Shown here in pieces: positions 1 through 702 of a stretch of DNA of 702 nucleotides; within the stretch, counting starts at the first letter, position 1; every line of letters begins with the position of its first letter. This stretch comes from Escherichia coli (GTDB lineage Bacteria > Pseudomonadota > Gammaproteobacteria > Enterobacterales > Enterobacteriaceae): assembly GCF_003334385.1 (NCBI RefSeq), contig NZ_QOWN01000148.1; one strand, 5' to 3'. A program made the position numbers and the translations under genes. The notes below the pieces were generated by a model. The model did no database searches. It was not told the origin of the DNA and saw only the letters and a program-made list of their open reading frames with translations.

Positions 1-667
1 CCGCCGTCGCGCTTTTAGTACTGATATATACATCGTGGATTTTGCGTCGCGCATGAGCCCAGCATCCTGCTTCCGTCAACGCGCCGCCTTCACGTTCGGC
101 ACTGAACAGCCGATCGTAACCATTAAACGCATCTGCCTGCAGGATACCCCGGAAGGGACGAAGGTGCTGCTCCGGATGTTTACCCTGATGATCCGGTGAG
201 TAGGCGAACCAGACCGCCGGAGGCTCTGGCGAACCGGCATTCCTGTCATCCCGGACATACGTCCAGATATATCCTGTTTTCGCCTTCTTCCTGCCCGGCG
301 CCAGTACCTTTACCGGTGTGTCGTCAGTGTGAAGCTTGAAGGTATTCATCACGTAACGGTACAGGGCATCATTCAGTGGCGTCATTAACTGGCAGCACTC
401 GTCAACCCAGTTGGAGAGTAATGCACGGCTCAGTTCGACGCCCTGGCGGGCAAAGATTTCACTCTGACGATACAATGGCAGGTGTTCGCAGTATTTTCCC
501 GTTAACACGCGGGCAAGTAACCCCGGGCCCGCGACACCACGCTCTATCGGACGGGACGGTGCTTCAACGATGCAGTCACATTTTGTACAGGCTTTTTTTA
601 CCCGTTCTGTGCGGATCACTTTCAGGGCTCTTCCGCAACCTGGGTGGAGATTTTCATGCCAGTGGAC
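1..667 (-). CDS. tnpC: IS66-family transposase (TnpC/ORF3-like DDE transposase), internal fragment; 3' end continues beyond the left window edge, 5' side closed by tandem stops at 668..673 (probably frameshifted)
   Basis: Reverse-strand translation in the frame with codons ending at + strand 667 gives 222 codons with no stop: [222 protein letters not shown]. Motifs I recognise as IS66-family signatures: Cys/His-rich zinc-finger-like segment (572..646), [10 protein letters not shown] (455..484), HTDDTPV with the first catalytic Asp (about 311..331), YVRDDRN (239..259), AVWFAYSPD (191..217), [10 protein letters not shown] with the second catalytic Asp (116..145), CWAHARRK (41..64). No in-frame ATG lies upstream within the window, which is why an ATG-to-stop ORF finder misses it. 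Confidence 0.85.
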
Positions 668-702
668 TCATTACCCTCTGCCTGAGTAGTTCAAATCCTG
701 CT
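1..702 (-). mobile_element. Interior of an IS66-family insertion sequence (transposase-coding portion only; no terminal inverted repeats in the window)
   Basis: The whole window is covered by an IS66-type transposase reading frame plus its upstream continuation in another frame. In IS66-family elements tnpC is the third and largest ORF, so the element ends and the tnpA/tnpB ORFs are expected outside the window (tnpA/tnpB to the right, the 3' IS end to the left). This is inference from family organisation, not seen in the sequence. Confidence 0.7.
1..702 (-). pseudogene. Probable frameshifted IS66-family transposase: upstream segment in a second reading frame (657..701, ...[15 protein letters not shown]) joined to the main frame (1..667) by an apparent 1-nt frame change near 668..673
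   Basis: The main frame is preceded by tandem TAA TGA stops (minus-strand sense; + strand 668..673). A second frame on the same strand is open from the right window edge to a TGA at 654..656 and ends ...LLRQRVM. Read together, ...LLRQRV / [12 protein letters not shown] resembles the conserved LPRE-x-VV-(x)n-C-x-C-G region that precedes the zinc finger in IS66-family transposases. That is the pattern expected from a 1-nt indel, not from a real gene boundary. Confidence 0.5.

Noticed and set aside
18-35. AT-rich stretch (tactgatatatacatcg) as a possible promoter -10 element
   Set aside because: It lies inside the transposase coding frame (encodes D-V-Y-I-S-T in gene sense), has no convincing -35 partner at proper spacing, and no downstream ORF that it would serve within the window.
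76-258. The 60-aa minus-strand ORF from the supplied track ([60 protein letters not shown])
   Set aside because: It lies entirely within the transposase coding region in the +1 frame of the same strand. The peptide is Arg/Ser-rich and low-complexity, as expected from an out-of-frame read of coding sequence, and I recognise no motif in it. Most likely a spurious overlapping ORF.
580-600. T-run (ctttttttac) on the + strand as a possible rho-independent terminator
   Set aside because: No GC-rich inverted repeat capable of forming a stem precedes the T-tract, and the site sits inside the minus-strand coding frame (it encodes V-K-K).
654-673. Programmed ribosomal frameshift joining the two transposase frames
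   Set aside because: No recognisable slippery heptamer or stimulatory structure at the junction, and IS66-family tnpC is not known to use programmed frameshifting. A mutational indel is the more economical explanation.
661-702. Right-hand window edge as a possible IS terminal inverted repeat or element boundary
   Set aside because: The sequence here still reads as transposase coding sequence in a shifted frame, and the conserved N-terminal region of IS66-family TnpC lies further upstream. The element boundary is therefore expected outside the window.
1-702. CRISPR repeats, tandem repeats, tRNA/rRNA or other structured RNA genes
   Set aside because: No repeated units of regular spacing, and no cloverleaf-like or rRNA-like sequence, were evident on either strand. 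The whole window is explained by protein-coding sequence.

Overview
The window is almost entirely an internal fragment of an IS66-family transposase gene (TnpC/ORF3-like DDE transposase) on the minus strand, which the supplied ORF track does not show. Translating the reverse strand gives 222 codons without a stop (+ strand 1..667), carrying motifs I recognise from IS66-family transposases: [47 protein letters not shown] and CWAHARRK. The reading frame runs off the left edge of the window (the gene's 3' end). At its 5' side it is closed by two tandem stop codons (668..673), while a different frame of the same strand is open from the right edge down to 657 and reads ...[12 protein letters not shown]. 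The simplest reading is a frameshifted, probably decaying transposase copy. The only ORF in the supplied track (76..258, minus) lies in the +1 frame relative to the transposase and is most likely a spurious overlapping ORF. I see no RNA genes, CRISPR repeats, IS terminal repeats or convincing regulatory sites, and no evidence of a novel system inside this window. The window is best described as the interior of an insertion sequence, so any cargo or island content would lie outside it. All homology statements come from my own recognition of motifs, not from a database search.
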